From Candidatus Zixiibacteriota bacterium (GTDB lineage: Bacteria > Zixibacteria > MSB-5A5 > GN15 > FEB-12): DNA of 40,135 nt. Below the pieces are notes generated by a model that was given only the letters and a program-made list of their open reading frames with translations, was not told where the DNA came from and ran no database searches. Shown one piece after another: positions 37,920 to 40,135 of this stretch. A program made the position numbers and the translations under genes. The stretch covers positions 1 through 40,135 of the forward strand of contig JBGSIV010000098.1 in the NCBI GenBank assembly GCA_041742355.1, written 5' to 3'. The first letter of the stretch is position 1, and every line of letters begins with the position of its first letter.

Positions 37920-39851
37920 CTACCGAGGGCGGTGTATGCCCAGCGCTTTCATTCGCGAGGTCAGCGTTGAGGGGGGCAGTCCGAGCCGCGAGGCCGCGCC
38001 CTGGGCTCCCGATACTCGCCATCCCGCCCCTTCCAGCGCCAGGCGGATATTCTCCCGCTCGAATTCGACCATCTCGACTGCGGTGCGCACGCGGCGTTCC
38101 ACGGTGGTCTGCGCCATCGCCGTCATTGGCCGCCCCTGCTCTGCCGTCTCCGGCAGAGCACGGTCCAGGTTCAACCCGCTGCCGTTGGCGGTGATCAGCG
38201 CCCGCTCGATGACATTTTGCAGTTCCCGCACATTCCCCGGCCAGTCGTATGACCGGATCCGCGTCAGTACGCCCTCGCTCAGCCGTGGCGACGGCCGACC
38301 CAGACGATGCGCGGCCCGTTCGGCAAACGCCTTTGCCAGCCGCACCACATCCTCACCGCGCTCCCGCAGCGGGGGCACTCGTACCGGAAAGACATTCAGG
38401 CGGTAGTACAGATCCTCCCGGAAGGCCCCCTCGCGCACCATTCGATCGAGATCCCGGTTGGTCGCCGCGATCACCCGCACGTCGACCTTGCGGGTGCGCG
38501 ATCCGCCGACCGGTTCGAATTCCCCTTCCTGGAGCACGCGGAGCAGTTTTGGTTGCAGTTCCAACGGCAGTTCGCCGATTTCATCGAGGAAGATCGTGCC
38601 GCCGTCGGCCAAAGCAAAGCGCCCCTCGCGTGCCGCCGTTGCGCCGGTAAACGCGCCTTTTTCGTGGCCGAAGAACTCGCTTTCGATCAGCGACGCCGGT
38701 ATCGCCGCGCAGTTCACCTTGATCAGCGGTTTGCGGCTGCGTGTACTTGCCTTGTGAATCGCCCGGGCAACCAGTTCTTTCCCCGTTCCGGTTTCGCCGG
38801 TGATCAGGACCGTGGCATCGGTCGACGCCACCCGGTGCAGGTCGGCCAGCATCCGGTGCATCGGCTCGCACTCCCCGATGATTTCTTCAAAGCCCGTCAG
38901 CTCACGGATTTCCTCTATGAGGTAAGCCTGCTCCTCCGACAGCGTGCGAATCGTCTGCTCCGCGGCCAGCCTGTCGTTCACATTTCTCAGAATGAGTGTG
39001 TAGAAGGGTTCGCGCGATTGCGCCGCCCGCGCCAGTGTGGCTTCCGCCGGAAAGGCCGTACCGTCGGCCCGAACTCCCGTCAGTCCCTCGATCCACTGGT
39101 ACTGGCGGTCATCGTCGGCGGTATCGAGCTTGGCCATCACTCGCGTCAGGGTCCGGCGCCCTGCATCCTGGAGGAAGCGATCGAGGCAGGTCCCCATCGC
39201 GTCCTGCGCGGTCACGCCGAAGAACCGCTCGGCCGCCGGGTTGAACATGGACACCCGGAGTTCCCGGTCGATTTCGACAATGGCGTCCATGGCCCCGGCG
39301 AAGAGCCGCCCTAGCTTTTCCTCCCGTTCGCGGATCTGCGCTTCGGCGCGCAGCCGTCGAAGTTCAGCGGCTGCCCTCCCCGCGAATATCCGGAACAAGG
39401 TTTCCAGTCGCTCCCACCGCGGCATCCGCTTGTTGTCCACAACCGCGAGGTGCCCAAGTATCCGCCCGTCCAGATCCTGCAGCGGTGCGCCCATGTAGCT
39501 CACCGCGTCGAACGCTTTCAAGTCGGGATCGTCGGGAAACAGCTCGATCACCCGGTCGGGGTAATGAACCAGGCAGGCCTGATCAATCACCGGTTCGCAG
39601 GGCGTTCCGGCGATCGCATACTCGTAGCCGTCGACATACCGGTCACCCAGCCGGAAGGCCAGTGCCCGGAGCCGACGCTTCGGTTCATCGTATTCTGTTA
39701 CCCACGCTCCGTAGGTCCCCAGGGCTTCGGTCAGTTTCCGCACCAGGGCAAGGAAAAACTGCTCGCCCGTTTCCGCCGCCGTCCCCTCCAGTATCACCCG
39801 CAGTGCCGCTTCTTCCGACAGCACTGCCTCCTGCCTGTCCACGTCGGTCAT
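37920..39851 (-). CDS. Sigma54-dependent enhancer-binding protein (GAF-PAS-AAA+-HTH, FhlA-like)
   Basis: GAF (GTPC), PAS (MDAI..FNPAAE), [50 protein letters not shown]-terminal HTH. Confidence 0.95.
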   Translation of the reverse strand: MTDVDRQEAVLSEEAALRVILEGTAAETGEQFFLALVRKLTEALGTYGAWVTEYDEPKRRLRALAFRLGDRYVDGYEYAIAGTPCEPVIDQACLVHYPDRVIELFPDDPDLKAFDAVSYMGAPLQDLDGRILGHLAVVDNKRMPRWERLETLFRIFAGRAAAELRRLRAEAQIREREEKLGRLFAGAMDAIVEIDRELRVSMFNPAAERFFGVTAQDAMGTCLDRFLQDAGRRTLTRVMAKLDTADDDRQYQWIEGLTGVRADGTAFPAEATLARAAQSREPFYTLILRNVNDRLAAEQTIRTLSEEQAYLIEEIRELTGFEEIIGECEPMHRMLADLHRVASTDATVLITGETGTGKELVARAIHKASTRSRKPLIKVNCAAIPASLIESEFFGHEKGAFTGATAAREGRFALADGGTIFLDEIGELPLELQPKLLRVLQEGEFEPVGGSRTRKVDVRVIAATNRDLDRMVREGAFREDLYYRLNVFPVRVPPLRERGEDVVRLAKAFAERAAHRLGRPSPRLSEGVLTRIRSYDWPGNVRELQNVIERALITANGSGLNLDRALPETAEQGRPMTAMAQTTVERRVRTAVEMVEFERENIRLALEGAGWRVSGAQGAASRLGLPPSTLTSRMKALGIHRPR

Positions 39852-40068
39852 GGTCTTCCTTTTCGTTTGTTACGACTCTTCAATTCAATTCACAGGGGTA
39901 GGAGGCGGAGATGTTCACCACAATATATTCACCGGCGCCCGCCGCATCAATGGAAAATGGGTCGCGGTGGTACACGCACATGCGTTACGGCTCAACCGAC
40001 CTGGGTGATTGCACAAGATCCTTCCCACAGCACACTCCCGCATACACCGGATGCGCCCCCCACAAAAC

Positions 40069-40098
40069 GAAGCCGGGCGGGTAAACCCGCCCGGCTTC
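40069..40098 (-). terminator. Intrinsic terminator of a minus-strand gene ending at the window edge
   Basis: gaagccgggcgggt/acccgcccggcttc inverted repeat followed by GTTTTG on the minus strand; a TAG at 40126-40124 precedes it. Confidence 0.7.
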
Positions 40099-40135
40099 TG
40101 CGTTGATCGCGGCTGCTGAACCGCTACTGGTAGTT

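Overview
High-GC bacterial chromosomal window; OmpA, lipoproteins and an RND pump indicate a diderm. Bases 1-3613 are the visibly lower-GC right end of a genomic island. It carries an AbiEi/AbiEii type IV toxin-antitoxin pair and an AEP-primase/SF2-helicase fusion, and ends at a duplicated tmRNA-type 3' end (att site). From ~3.7 to 13.2 kb is a patchwork of unrelated singleton genes: hydrolases, a Zn-dependent alcohol dehydrogenase, an S9 peptidase, cupin and FN3-LRR lipoproteins, DinB and DUF3788-like. Next come SulP, OmpA, ArsR/SRPBCC, a PaaK-like ligase and typA, then a heavy-metal cluster (small leader ORF-czcB-czcA, and a MerR-family regulator with a Cu P1B ATPase). After that are a 600-bp intergenic mosaic of REP-like repeats, ROK kinase-tkt, and a sigma54 activator/OsmC-like/hydrolase module. 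Best lead: the 108-aa signal-peptide, Cys/His-rich ORF before czcB ends in an HPP motif, and its last codons are complementary to the czcB Shine-Dalgarno ~125 nt downstream. This suggests a metal-sensing, ribosome-stalling translational attenuator controlling an efflux pump. All family calls come from motif recognition by eye; no database searches or folding programs were run.
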